Shown: positions 12,947 through 25,615, counted from the first letter of the whole stretch. The stretch is DNA of 63,366 bases, filler included, from Rhabdomonas costata (GCA_019059605.1; 51 parts of 51 records of this genome joined end to end with filler, not necessarily neighbours in it); one strand, 5' to 3'. The notes: generated by a model from the sequence alone, not told the origin. Numbers and translations are program-made.

Positions 12947-13372
12947 TTCCTTCCAAACAGTAGGAAACGCACTACTGCGAGTTCGAAATTCTTCAGGGTT
13001 CTGGGTGTTCTTGAACAAGAAGAAACCAAGAAAGCAAGTACGAAAGTTTTTTGTGCACTGCTATAATATTGCACATTGCACCCTTTTTGCGATTTTTTAG
13101 TTCCGAGCTCCATCATTTTTAATGAAACCCTGCTTTACACCGTTAAAAACCACACAGACATCACCTTTCAGCCTCCTGTTCAATTCCTCCAAAGTGCAGG
13201 ATTTCTCTCTTGAAAAACAAAAGTCCCAGTTCTTCTACCGCACCTCGAAAATCTTGGGTGTCGTTCCCCGGTGAACTAGGTCACGTGGAGAGTTTTCTGC
13301 CTTTCCCACAACGGGGTGGATGGGAAACAAAAAAAATGATGTTTCCCAAACATCTCCTCTCTTTCAGCCCAC

Positions 13373-13606
13373 CTTTTCTTTTGCCCGTCCTGGAGCACAA
13401 CATCGGCGTTGGCTCGGACCATCCGGGTGAAGGCATTCACGCTGTCGAGGCCCCCAAAACGCTTTGATCCCCTCCTCCGACTGGCGGATCTTACCCTTCT
13501 CACGCAGGGCGTCCTCCTCCTTCAAAGCGTCCTCCCAGGTCATGCTGACGGGCTCGAAGACGTTGTTATCAGCGAGGTATTTCGCCATCTCCCTCTGGTA
13601 CCACCA
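13373..13606 (-). CDS. Exon of an unknown protein with an apparent 1-nt frameshift
   Basis: The GC3-rich frame EMAKYLADNNVFEP...EEGIKAFW continues as GLDSVNAFTRMVRANADVVLQDGQKK only if one G of a G5 run is removed. Confidence 0.5.
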
Positions 13607-14268
13607 NNNNNNNNNNNNNNNNNNNNNNNNNNNNNNNNNNNNNNNNNNNNTTAATTAATTAANNNNNNNNNNNNNNNNNNNNNNNNNNNNNNNNNNNNNN
13701 NNNNNNGGTTGGTGGTGACAAATTGATGGAGTGAAAAAAGTCACAGAATTTGCAATATTACAGGTGATCACAGAGGTTTTGGCACATGTCAGTTTTCTGG
13801 CCAACAATAATATCTTCTGGGGTAATATCGTCTGTGGCCGGCGGGTTGTTGGGTTGAGGCATTTGTTCAAAGTGTGCGAGAGCGGGGATGCGAAGTCACT
13901 CGCGCAGCTGGAGCAGATCAAGATCCCAGGATGTTGTATTTTGCGATGCAGAGGCACGGCCTTCGTTCATTCTGTAAGAACTTGGTGCGAATAGATGGGC
14001 AGGGCTGGGTGGACCTTCACACCTCACCGTTTCCGATACCAGGCCCCAGAACTCACTGTTAATCCGGTCGATTTTTGGGTCAACTTTGTCTCGTTGGTAC
14101 GTATGCGTGTGTGAAGAGTTGTTTTCGAATGGAGAAAAGTCCTTCTCCAAAGTAATCCAAAATGACCAACGGCAGAGCGCGCAAACCCCCGCTTACCCCA
14201 CCATCACCTCTCGTGGCAGACGTGCGTTCGGGCCCAACGCAGGGGCGTGCGTGTGTGGAGGGGCACAC

Positions 14269-14472
14269 CTCCACCAAAGGCCCCTTTGGGGAAATAGTTC
14301 ATGTTGTGCGTCAGGAGGCCCAGAAGGGCGACCTTCTTGGGGGCTGTGCCGGGGGGCATCCCGGGCTCGGGTTGCACCTCCACCGTGGCGGACTCGGGCA
14401 GCTTCATTGGTAGCTTCAGGGTGGGGAAGTTGGTGCTGATCCAGGTGAACTTGGACTCCTGAATCCTCTTCC
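14269..14472 (-). CDS. Exon of a 5'-nucleotidase/calcineurin-like metallophosphoesterase
   Basis: Phase 1-1 exon KRIQESKFTWISTN...KKVALLGLLTHNMNYFPKGAFGG resembles the S.F.W.S.N and K(V/I)(G/A).(L/I)GL motifs. Confidence 0.65.
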
Positions 14473-15531
14473 CTGCGTTGATGCATGCATGCAGATACAG
14501 AACGGCATTCCTGCGCAAAAATCTGAACCCAGATTTTAAACAAAATTTGGTTGGCAGTTTAGGAGTTGTGCAGTACCTGCGCAGTCCTGCTTTACACCAC
14601 AAGTTAGACCAAGCGTCACTGAACAACATCACCTGCCAAAATTCACACAAAAAACTAGACCGCTCTCCAAAACTTCCCCTGCACGGTGCATCAACGGTGC
14701 GCCCGCTCACAAGTAGAAACCAAAAACTATGGGCATTCAAGCAATTAAAGTGCCTTGGTCTTCGAAATCCCAAATAATACTTTTTACCAATTGACAAAAA
14801 TCCATTTTTTCAACAACAAGAACAGCAGCAACATGGCTTGCCCCAACAACANNNNNNNNNNNNNNNNNNNNNNNNNNNNNNNNNNNNNNNNNNNNTTAAT
14901 TAATTAANNNNNNNNNNNNNNNNNNNNNNNNNNNNNNNNNNNNNNNNNNNNGTGGTGGGTGTGTTTGGGGGTGGGTGGGTGGAAGCATGCATTCCTGAAG
15001 GAGAATGGGTGAAGGGTTGAACATAACGGGCGGAGCTCATAAGGCACCAGGTTCATGTCCATTTCATACACATGATACACAAATGTTGGGAGTGCAGAGA
15101 AAGCAGAGTAGAAGGGGAAGGGGAGCTGCTTTCTCATGCCCAGCATGTATCCGACCTGCAGGCGCCTGCTGCCAACTTCACTCTCTCACTTACGGCCTTA
15201 CCTCAAGCGAGATCAGCAATTTTGCTCTGTGTTTTTTCTCTTTCCACGTCAAAAGCAATGGACCACCCAGCCAGGGGAACGAGAAGGAGAAGGGCATTCT
15301 GACAAAGAAGAGAACGACAAGGTGCTGCCAGGTGCCGGGAACATCCTTCCGTCGAGCGGGGCACTCCCCCTGTTGGCGAAAAGAGCTAAAAGGAATCAGC
15401 CCTGTCGTCGCCACAGGAAGAAAAGCAAACCTGCACTGTCATGCTTGCCGTAGCCCAGTGCTTTTACAGGAAGGCCGCTGAAGTCAACTCCTTTCTGAAG
15501 CGAAACAAAAGAACGCCATGGGGTCACGTAC

Positions 15532-15866
15532 ATGCCCTCGCAAATGATAACAACGCAGGCGGTTGACCAAAACTGATGGCAGGATCCGGAGCATTTCGTA
15601 TTTTTTGTGACATTTCTTGCAGTTTTTTTTGAGGCTGAGAAGTGTAACCAAGAGGTTAGGTACATCGTCAGATTTCTTGTAGTAGTTTTCAAATTGGAGC
15701 ACACAGTAACTGAAATGTAGCTAATGTCCCATTCTGCGGAACCACGAGCTCCCTCTAAGGAACAGAGGAGGCATGCCTTGATCTTCATCTCAATGTAACG
15801 AGTCCGAGGTACTGTCTGAAGGTAGTCCAGAAACAACCGGAACACGTCCTCTATCTTGACGACGCA
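15532..15866 (-). CDS. Unknown protein, exons 15866-15777 and 15720-15532, joined by a 56-nt GC-AG intron
   Basis: cgcag|CVVKIEDVFRLFLDYLQTVPRTRYIEMKIK|gcatgc...attag|LHFSYCVLQFENYYKKSDD...RGH|gtacgt; the phases agree. Confidence 0.5.
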
Positions 15867-16838
15867 CTGCGACACGAGCGAAACAAAAACGCGTGAGGTG
15901 ACGGCAAAAGAAAAAGGAAAAATGCCCTCGCGAAGTGCACCCGAGAGTTTGTATCGAGAATTTCACTCTCGACGGTTATAAAGCGTTCTCAGCATGCTTT
16001 CAGCTGATGTTGCCCCCTTTGGTGTCTTTTGAGCGGGGTACAAGGACCAAGGACCAAGGTCCGAGGTGCACTTTCATTAGCTATTCACACACAACNNNNN
16101 NNNNNNNNNNNNNNNNNNNNNNNNNNNNNNNNNNNNNNNTTAATTAATTAANNNNNNNNNNNNNNNNNNNNNNNNNNNNNNNNNNNNNNNNNNNNTGTTT
16201 TGTTTGGGACCCTGACTCTTGTAAATTCAAAGGAATTATAATCCCTTGTTTTTGGTCTCTGTTTCTCAACCCAATGCTCGGAACCCCGAGCCAGCAAAAA
16301 GTTAGGTCATAGTTCAGGAAAGGAACTAGATGCCGGCAAAGACAATTTCCAAAGAAACGTGCGTTTGTGCTTCACGGGATAATGTATTGGTCTTGCCAAT
16401 ATATTTGCTTACAATGGAGTCCCGACACCTTTTTCGGACACCCGAAATCAGAGGAACCTCCAAGATGCAGAGGATGCCGTTTTTTTGGGGGGAGCAGAGG
16501 GTTGCCAAATGTATTGATTGGTGCGGATTATTGTGGTGTTGGTATCCTTGGATCACGTGGCCTTCGATAGGCTTGTCAAAGGCTATTCAGACTTGTATGT
16601 ATTCATCGGTATTGCGCGCTTCACTTGTTTTTGTAGTCTTATTTGAGAGATAATTCCACATTAAAATTTCACTGAAAGCTTTTATTCCTTGCTGTGCTGC
16701 TTAGTGACGTGTTTTGAACTCCACTTCCGAAATTCTCCCTCGCAATCCGAGAGCAATTATTATTATTACGCGAGATCGCCACGGGCATTTGGGAGGGTGC
16801 CTCTTTCTTCCCCACCTGTCCACCTTGTGCGTGCTCAG

Positions 16839-16983
16839 GTTCTGGGCTTTGGTGTTTGCCGCGGCTGCAGCGTACGCCGTGGCGGCGCACCTCACGCCCA
16901 TCCAGCCCGCGGCGAACGCCCGGCCCTCTCCCCCGAAGGACAAGCTGAGGATCTTGGTCATCGGGGAGTCCTTGCCCCCAAAG
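16839..16983 (+). CDS. Exon of a GT4-family glycosyltransferase (N-terminal Rossmann strand)
   Basis: A hydrophobic segment followed by KLRILVIGESLPPK, matching the GT4 MRI...E.F.P motif; probable GC donor AAG|gcattc. Confidence 0.6.
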
Positions 16984-18741
16984 GCATTCCAGTGGAATTG
17001 GAAGGGCAATGGAAGGGAATGACGTGAAGCAGGGCCTTGGCGTCTGAATGTGTCAGTGTGTATGAGGTTGTGGTTGTATTCCGGGTGCCGTGGCAGATGA
17101 TGCGAGCAATGTTGTTGATTCATTGCGTACTTTGAGCCCCGCTGTTAATTGCACGGGCGTGGGAACCCCCGTTGACAACAACACTGCTGGTCTTTCTTTT
17201 GTGAGTTGGCAACTGTCTTCTCGCAACCCTGAAAGGTAGTGTAGTGACCGTAATCAATCTCGTTGGACGACGAGAGGGGCTTCGGTGCGTCTCCCAAAAT
17301 GTAAAACGTCTTGTGCGAAGATAGTGCCAACTCACAAAANNNNNNNNNNNNNNNNNNNNNNNNNNNNNNNNNNNNNNNNNNNNTTAATTAATTAANNNNN
17401 NNNNNNNNNNNNNNNNNNNNNNNNNNNNNNNNNNNNNNNGTTTGGTGTGTTTGGTGTGGCACTGGGTGGGCCGGAATGCTCCGGTTTAGAGCCACGCTAG
17501 AGGCCATTTCAGGGCCATTTGGGGTGCTTATGGTCCCCCCCCTTTTTTTGCCTTTGCACAGGCTTGGAGGAAGAGACTTCCTTGACCCATTTGAAGAAAG
17601 CAGGGCAGAGGAAGAAAATAGCTGCACACACAAAAACGAATAATAGCCGGGGCTACTGTTTTATGGGGTGTAGTATCCCAATAATTACGATATAATTAGT
17701 AGAGAAAAGGACACAAACAACCGAAACGAAAACTGAAACAAGCTAGTATCCCCCGACCGGAAGAGCATAGGAATTCAGGCAGGCAGCCAACCAAAGCCTG
17801 CGTCCATGTCCCCTGTAAGACAGTATTACAGGGACAGGGTTCACACTGTTCTAAAGACGGACGGGGAAAGAGCTAACCCTCAATGGACCTTTACCTTCTT
17901 TGGTATACCAGCAGGTGCAATCTTGAAATAAAGGAAGAGGGGGCTTGAAATCCAAAAAAAATATCACTCTCGGTCCCCCTCCAATATTTTCGCCAAAAAG
18001 GCGACGGCGAAGCCACCAGCTCAGCCAAAGGTATCCTTTCGCTGCAGCTGGGCCGCAAAAGACCCAACGGCGCAAATAAGATAACATGTGTCAAGGGAGG
18101 TGAGGATAGGAAAATTAGCGTGGAGGGGGGGGCATCGTGAGCAGCCGGGAGGAGGGGGGCGCGGAGACATGTTCCATGCGCACCCACCAGCCTTGTCATT
18201 GGTGATCAGCGGTCACAGCAGCATCGGTTTTGCAATGGGTGTTTGTATCGATGAGCAGAAGGGATTCACTACCACCCCTCACCTTAACCCTACACCTTAA
18301 CCTTCACCCGTCACATCGCACACATTTCCTTTTAAGCCCGCTTATCAGAAGAGCAAGTTTTTCCTCCCTGTCGGAAGGCTTCATCCTGATCCGCGGAAGA
18401 CCTTTGGTACCTTCCACTGAAACAAACACGAGGTGGCTCTCAGAAGAGTCAACGCAAGCAGATGCTTGTGCACACCACTCCACGATCGGGGCACGCCACA
18501 CCCAAAGGGTATGCACCCATCAGCGGCAAAGGAGCGTCAACTCCCTTGCTAACCAAAGCCAAGCAGCAGCACAATAAAAAANNNNNNNNNNNNNNNNNNN
18601 NNNNNNNNNNNNNNNNNNNNNNNNNTTAATTAATTAANNNNNNNNNNNNNNNNNNNNNNNNNNNNNNNNNNNNNNNNNNNNGTTTTTTTTGTTAAATTAT
18701 ACCTCCCGGGATCAATTTTTTGTCTAATTTTCTGGGCCCAG

Positions 18742-19315
18742 GTTGGAGGAAGCAGATCTACAACCGTGGAAAAGCTTGCCTCTGGGGCGAATTATACCCA
18801 CAGCTACGTCATCGCCCCACTGCTTCCAGGTGAATTAGTCACTGCAGCGGCCAAAATTTCATACCGCTTGGAACCAGAGGGCGAAGACCTGAAGGTGTGT
18901 TGGCTTGTTGCTGTCCGGGTATGGATTGTTCTGGTTCGCTTCTTGATTTGCTTTAGGCTGAGGTATTTAACTTTTTTTATTTCTTTGTTGTTTCCACCTT
19001 GCTTTCTCTCGCAAAAAATACTGCAAACCATGCATTCGAGGCCAGATAACCACTAAAAAGAGATGCGTGAATAACTTAGCGCTCCGCGGGAGTTTTGGAG
19101 CGCTTGGAAAAATGGAGCAATTGCAATCGAACAACCCACTCTTTGTCGTGTTTGTCGTCGTCGTGAATCGGCGGCTTCATCCGTTTTGCTGCATCTCGTC
19201 CGTTTGTAGACTGTGTACAGCAACCGGCTGCCCAGTCTTCCGGTTCTAACCTCGGCGGAATATGCTCGTCACAACACCAAGCACTACGTGGAGTGGCTCA
19301 TCTTTTTGATTCTTA
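18742..19315 (+). CDS. SSR2: Translocon-associated protein beta (exons 18742-18894 and 19210-19315)
   Basis: EKLASGANYTHSYVIAP...AAAKISY...|TVYSN...VLTSAEYARHNTKHYVEWLIF parallels TRAP-beta (RIAP.SNVSH..V.P ... ATITY ... IL...EF.R....H..DW..F); phase-0 GT-AG intron. Confidence 0.8.
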
Positions 19316-20204
19316 GTATGTTTTGTGCTTCCAGTTTCTTTGATCTTGCTGTTGCGGAGGAGAACCTCCAATGCGCAGAAAATGAAAGATCCACACATCA
19401 AAAATCTTCGTTCAAATCCACTACCCTTCCCGCGAGTCCCATGTGCGACCACTTTTTTGTTTAGGTGTGTTCTGACACCACATCGTCATTTCACGCACAC
19501 CAGGGTCCGTGCAAAGGCCATTTTCTCCTTTTGGCTAGGAGTCAGTTGTTTCCCAACTTGTCAGTTTTTTGGGTCGCACACAACCCACTATAGACCCCAG
19601 GTTCACCTGGCGCGGAACGTGGTTGTTCAATATCTGCTCTATGCCGCCTTCTACCATTGCCGAACCACTCCCTTGTTTGGACTCAGTGGATGCCTTGCAT
19701 TCCAGTGAGGCACGCAGCAAGGGGACAGACAGCATTTGGGATAAACAAACAAACAGATGTGCAACTCTAAAATGGAAGTGTGGCCTGGGTCTTGGCCTGT
19801 TGTCTGGTGAGCCGGCACCCACAACNNNNNNNNNNNNNNNNNNNNNNNNNNNNNNNNNNNNNNNNNNNNTTAATTAATTAANNNNNNNNNNNNNNNNNNN
19901 NNNNNNNNNNNNNNNNNNNNNNNNNTACCTTTCCTCCCGTCGCCTTCTCCTGGGCCCCGGGAAACGAATGTTTCCGAAGGAAACCTCGGTTTATTCGCCA
20001 TTGAGGTTTCCCGAAAATCTCCGCCCAGCATGCTGTACCCGCTAATATACCATCGAGGACGATTTTTATCGCTCACTATGGGTCGAGTGGCTCGCTGAAG
20101 ATTTGTGATCAAGGTTCATATTGAAGAAGAACCTTGTGGCAGCGTGCTTCCGTAAGGCTGAAAGGGAAAGCTGAGTGGACCACCCTTCGCTTCGTTTGCA
20201 ATCA

Positions 20205-20381
20205 GCGGCGCGTCGACGTTCTGTGGATGGCGGAGCGGGGCATCGATCGGGGGCTGACCCTGCCAGGCGCTCCCCAAAGCGGGTGACTCCCCGCGGGTCC
20301 TCCCCGCACGGCTCCTCGCCGGCGGGCGGGCCCTCTTCCTCCTCTTCCCGTCCGCCTCGCCGCTGCACAAGTCCGACCTGC

Positions 20382-20383
<2 letters not shown>
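20205..20383 (+). CDS. Probable low-complexity (S/P/R-rich) internal exon
   Basis: aatcag| open GC-rich stretch |gtgtgt; no family recognised. Confidence 0.35.
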
Positions 20384-20418
<35 letters not shown>

Positions 20419-20595
20419 AACCCTGTGAGGCAGCGTACGAGCGCTGAGCGCGGGAGGTTGAATACCCACAAAGAGATCTCTAAACGCGCCAGTCGGGTTC
20501 CCAAGGCCCCACGTACATTTTGGATCTGGGATCACATGTGGTAAGCCAACGCGACACGATAAGAGAGAGGGCGTTAGGCCTGTGGGGCCCATGCC
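20384..20595 (-). repeat. (GT)n run plus a possible distant relative of the interspersed element
   Basis: Shares TTACCACATGTG and CGCGCT(C/A)AGCGC and ends in an (AC)n tail, but the body does not align well with copies 1-3. Confidence 0.35.
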
Positions 20596-21429
20596 CCGTC
20601 GAAAGTTGGGAGCCCAGGGGGTAGCGGACCTCGAGTCCTCCCCGGAAAAGTCACCCTTGCCAAGTGCTCAAAGTGTGTGAACCCCCTGCGCAGGGGTTCG
20701 TCTGCGAACGTGTGCCATAACATAGGCTGACCATTGTGGTGGTGATGATGATGGAAGGTGGGCCTTCCACTGCCAAATGGAGGCTGTGCTTACGTTGAGA
20801 TCCGTGGAAAACGCCCGTCGTGAAAACATGAAAAACGAGAAAATGGACCCTGGTATGCCTGTATGTGCCTGAAGTATGCACGTATGTCTTTGGGTGCGTG
20901 GCTCTCTCCAGGTCTGGCATCCCCTGCGCGGTGCACCATTGTCCGTCCGATGGGGGGCGCAAGCCCAAGGCCGCCGCCGCTGCTGCTGCTGCTCCCGACC
21001 ACGGCCGCTGATGGTGTGGTGTTGCACAATTGAGGGGTAGACGGGCACATCCTCTTTCCAGCTCACCCCACCCCCNNNNNNNNNNNNNNNNNNNNNNNNN
21101 NNNNNNNNNNNNNNNNNNNTTAATTAATTAANNNNNNNNNNNNNNNNNNNNNNNNNNNNNNNNNNNNNNNNNNNNTGTGTGTGGGGGTTGCATCGTCAGC
21201 TTCGTGTCTGTTCCCGTGTGTTTGGGTGTGCTCGGGTGTGCCATTATGTTGGCTGGTGGTCGGGCTGGTCCCGAAGGCTGGCGATGGAACCTGTGGTCGT
21301 ACAGGGCGCCCGCCGTGATGGGAATGCCCCGCTGGTGACGCAGCGCCTGGCTGTCCCCATTGTGGCGGCGCGGGTGCGCTCATGGCGGGCGGGTCCCCTG
21401 GGCGGGGGATGAGAAGCAGTGGTGGCCCC

Positions 21430-21645
21430 TCTCTCCCCTCTTCAAGGAAGTGGGGCCAAGCAGCCATGCCATGAGCATCGCCAGACGCGCGGTGGACACC
21501 GTTACCCTGGGTTCGCTAATGCCCAGTCCGCCGTTTTTTCTACCGAGACTGGCCGTAGGGCCTTCCACATGGATGAGCCGAAGCCCAATCAGTGTTATCA
21601 TTGGTTCGAACCATTCATCGCTTGGTATTGCCACTGCGCTGCGCT
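21430..21645 (-). mobile_element. Possible non-LTR retrotransposon remnant (post-RT GGLG motif)
   Basis: SLGRKNGGLGISEPRVTVSTARLAMLMAWL resembles the L...GGLG.......A motif found downstream of LINE reverse transcriptases. Confidence 0.35.
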
Positions 21646-22078
21646 GAATCCGAAAGGGACCAAGGCAGACGTTCTCCGCCGGAACAAAAGACATGCACAA
21701 AGACAAAGACACAAACAAAAAGTGTGCTTCCGTGGCGGGGCACTAATGGTTACGTTTTATCGCTGGGAAAAGAGGGTAGTACTTCGTCATCCAAAATATA
21801 TTGGCAAAACCCTAGCCACACAACGCGTTCAGGCACCACAGCGCCTTTCGCAATTACCGTTGCAACCCTCTGCGTTTGTTTCTGGCACGCCATATGCTCT
21901 GACTCAGCTGCGCGCTTTGTGAAAGCAGCTTGAACAAATTGGGAAGAAATGGAGGTGGAAGCCAAATTCTTAGATTACCGTTTGTTGGAGGTGTTACCGC
22001 TCCTGCGCTCACCATGCGGATGCGGGAGATGCACAGTTCCGAGTTGCATAGCAGTAAAAGAACGGCATTCAGCAAATC

Positions 22079-22319
22079 ATGTTTTGCATTATTGCACTAT
22101 GGCCCAAAGTGGGGCTTTGAGACTTCTCGACTCGAGGCGCACAGCAAACTTTTCAGAATATGGCCTTTTCTTCGGATTTGCAGGAATCAGCACAAAACTT
22201 AACATCAAGCCAACAGCAACCCTGTGGGCTTGATGTTTTGCATTATTGCACTATGGCCCAAAGTGGGGCTTTGAGACTTCTCGACTCGAGGCGCAAAGCA
22301 AACTTTTCAGAATATGGCC
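22079..22319 (+). repeat. 87-bp direct repeat (22079-22165 and 22233-22319), period 154 bp, truncated by the contig end
   Basis: The two copies differ at one base (CACAGC versus CAAAGC). Confidence 0.9.
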
Positions 22320-22419
22320 NNNNNNNNNNNNNNNNNNNNNNNNNNNNNNNNNNNNNNNNNNNNTTAATTAATTAANNNNNNNNNNNNNNNNNNNNNNNNN
22401 NNNNNNNNNNNNNNNNNNN

Positions 22420-23564
22420 TCGTAGGTGTAACTTCACTGGCATCTGTCCCAACCTGGCCTGAACTCGAACAAAGTGCGTCACCGGCAAACCTTCCCCATT
22501 GGCTACTCTCACTGTCAACTTCTGCTGCAGGGGGTGAACCTGCAACATCAACTCGCCAACGACATCTTGACTAATGAAAGCGTCTGACGCACCTGAGTCG
22601 AGCAATGCTCGCACTTGTTTAGTACCAATCACCAAAGGTAGGAACAACAACGGCTGAGGGGGGGGCGGGTCGGGCAAATCTTCAAGCAAGCCACTCCCCT
22701 CCCGTTCTGTCCTCTGAAACGGCAATACGAACAACGGTACTGAACAGCTACTCTCACCACCACGAATGCTGGAAACAGCTCTGCTCTCTTCATCAGGCCA
22801 ACGCTCACTCAGCCATACGAAATCCTCTTCCCAAATCGAATTCCCCAACAAAACCACATCTCTGCTCACAGAAAGGCTCTCCCGGTGTTTCGGGCAGAAC
22901 GCACTTCCTTCTGTGAACTAAACTCCATCTGAGAGAGACTTCTCAATATGTACAAAGCGCTCTGGGCTCCACCTCAAAGCTGGCCAACCCTCTCCTGCAA
23001 CTCCCAGGGTTGCCTCGCCTTCCACTACGAATGGCTCCTCTCTAAAGCGCACTGCTTTCCTGTTCAACCTCTTACTCCCCATTGACATCTTTTCTTTCCC
23101 CGTCAGCTCTCCATTCTCAACCGAAATCACAGCAAGCGAAGAATCTCCCTGAACTCCTGACTTCAGAACCTCGGCTGGGGGGGCTGCTGCTCGCGACTCC
23201 GTTAGCAATCCCCTTAACGCTTGCCTGTGCTGTGACATCTCCAACTGAACCTTTCGCAAATCTTGAGCAACTACGTGTGAATCTTCCAATCTCTCGGGTG
23301 AGGAAAGAGCCATCTTTTGCGACCAAGGTCTACCTTCCAAAGATCCGAGTCCACCTTGTCGTTGCTCTCCTCTTCCACTTGTGAGTCTTCCATTCCTCCA
23401 CTGTGATGGGTACTCCCCCACCACCTGTGGCTCTGCTTCTGAGCACTCCACCCTGACCAGTGTGGGTGCCTCTCCACTCCGTGACAAAGGCAAAGCTCCC
23501 AAACTCTGCGGCAAATCTGAAGGAGACTCAACTTCCACCTGAGATTGACTTTCCAGCTGCGCGT
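22420..23564 (-). mobile_element. Ty3/gypsy LTR retrotransposon gag-pol fragment with aspartic protease
   Basis: VRALLDSGASDAFIS...LTVRVANGE retropepsin motif; the whole contig is open in one frame except for one TAG at 22920-22918. Confidence 0.88.
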
Positions 23565-23664
23565 NNNNNNNNNNNNNNNNNNNNNNNNNNNNNNNNNNNN
23601 NNNNNNNNTTAATTAATTAANNNNNNNNNNNNNNNNNNNNNNNNNNNNNNNNNNNNNNNNNNNN

Positions 23665-23780
23665 GGTGTGTGGTCATACTGCAGCGTGGGCCCCACGACA
23701 CTGTCAACGGCATCCTTCACAATCACAGCAACCTCCTCTGTCTGGATAGTGGTCTCCTCGGGCTGCTGGAAGTCATCCAT
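23665..23780 (-). CDS. DYNLT1: N-terminus of dynein light chain Tctex-1 (absent from the ORF track)
   Basis: MDDFQQPEETTIQTEEVAVIVKDAVDSVVGPTLQYDH matches the Tctex-1 start M.D.Q..EET....EV..IVKEA..S..G...Y.H. Confidence 0.85.
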
Positions 23781-24908
23781 TCCACCACACCACCAAAACC
23801 CAGGGAAAAAACCTCAGTCGAAACAGCAAAAGAAACGCGAGGGGATTCCTGCACAGAACTACCTGAGAAAGTCAGGGAAAAAGGCTCGCAGTCAAGTTTC
23901 ATCAAGCGTGCGTCGGATGCTCCGATTTTCAAGACAAGACAATTCCCATCTACCTCCGTACATAACCCCGGTGTGGCATTTGACGTGCGTTTGCTCGATC
24001 GCTCCATCAAGGTCACTATGTAGATTTTGCCGTTGTCGGAATTCCGATTTGATACTCTACCCCAGGCGCTTCAAGAACTCCTGTGTCTGTGCTGCAGTAC
24101 CGGGAATTCATCAACAAAAATCTCTAGCCGAAATTCAAATTCTCTTAAATACGGTATATATGTTGCCATTTATACTTATATATGTTGCTATTTCTTCTGC
24201 AAACCCCAGGAGGTCGCCTGCAAAACAATTTCGGCAATCTTTTTGCAATCGCGAAAAAAAGAAGCCAGCCCCGATCCCAGCTCTATCATGCGCAAGTGAA
24301 AATGTACAAAAAGATGTCACACAGCGCAAAGGGTACACGAAAAGAAAAGTGAGGTAAGCCAACATTACAGCAGCGGGTTCAGCGGAGAGAAGCGGAGAGG
24401 AAGCAGGCTGGGGCACTTTCTCGCTCACACTGCAATCAGGAGGGAACGAGCCTGAGAGAGTAGTGTCGGAGCGTGAGAAGGAAACTTCGCAGCATACACA
24501 CACAATGTTGAATGTGTGCGGGGGATCCAGCCGGGACACAGGACGCAGACAGGAGCCAGGACATAGGGATCCTAATCAAGGTAGGCCAACCGCCAGGGGA
24601 AAATCTCACCACGACAGAGAGCAGGCAGAGAGGGAGAGGAGGAAAGCACAAAGGCAGCTTGCGGGGTGTCAAACCCCATGATGCCACCGCCACTTTCTCA
24701 TACGCATAACCAAATCAGTTCTTTTTGTTTTGCTCTTACAATTGTTGGTGGTCCAGTCGCCCTTTGCCGATGACGCAAAGTGGGTCTGTACAGCGACTCA
24801 CACAAACANNNNNNNNNNNNNNNNNNNNNNNNNNNNNNNNNNNNNNNNNNNNTTAATTAATTAANNNNNNNNNNNNNNNNNNNNNNNNNNNNNNNNNNNN
24901 NNNNNNNN

Positions 24909-25615
24909 GGGGGTTGGGGAAAGGGATGAGAACCTGGTCGCGTTGGCGGATGCCAGAGAGCTCCTCTCCTGCTCGTACGAGACCTGCTGCGTGCTGAACA
25001 GCGCGACACAGTTCAGGCAGGCGATGATGTCCGACTGCATCCGTAGCAGCTGCTGCTGGCTGTTCGACACCCCGACAAGCTCCTGGAGCTGCGCTGAGAG
25101 CACGTCCACCTCGCTGCTGAGAAACTGGATCCTCCTGTCGTCGTCTTCGATCTGCTGCCGGGCCTTCTCCAGCTCCAGCTTCACGTGATGGCCTCCAGTG
25201 TCCTACGCGGCATACAGGGCGGGCAGTGCAAGCTGAATCACAGTGGAGGGAACTGCAGAGCTCTCAGGTCAATGTCTTCCCGAATCCGCGCGGAAAAAGC
25301 GTTGGCGGGCAGCCGGTATGAAAGGATAGAGATTTAGACCAATTCTTCATGTTGTCTTCATGTTTACCAATACCCATGGCAATTTAGTCCACAAGGACAT
25401 ACTGAAAGGGACAGAGAGAAGACACGAACCCATTGCTTGCTGGCCATGCTGAGGGCCAGAGTCTCCTGTTGGAGAGACTTATGGTAGTCTTCCTCGAGTT
25501 GCCCGGTAATCTGCCGCAGCCGGTGGAGCTCAGCGTCTTTCTCAATGAGAGCGGTCTGCATCTGCGCCAGCTTGCGCTTGAACCGGGCCTTCAGAGTATG
25601 GCTGTGCCGCTTCTC
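24909..25615 (-). CDS. Coiled-coil protein (exons 25615-25430 and 25202-24909)
   Basis: Heptad E/Q/K/L-rich, GC3-rich frames joined by a phase-0 GT-AG intron. Confidence 0.7.

Noticed and set aside
20070-20150. Faint resemblance to the 5.8S rRNA GATGAAGAACGCAGC region
   Set aside because: The match is too poor and no flanking rRNA structure is present. I could not support any rRNA, tRNA or SL RNA gene in the window.
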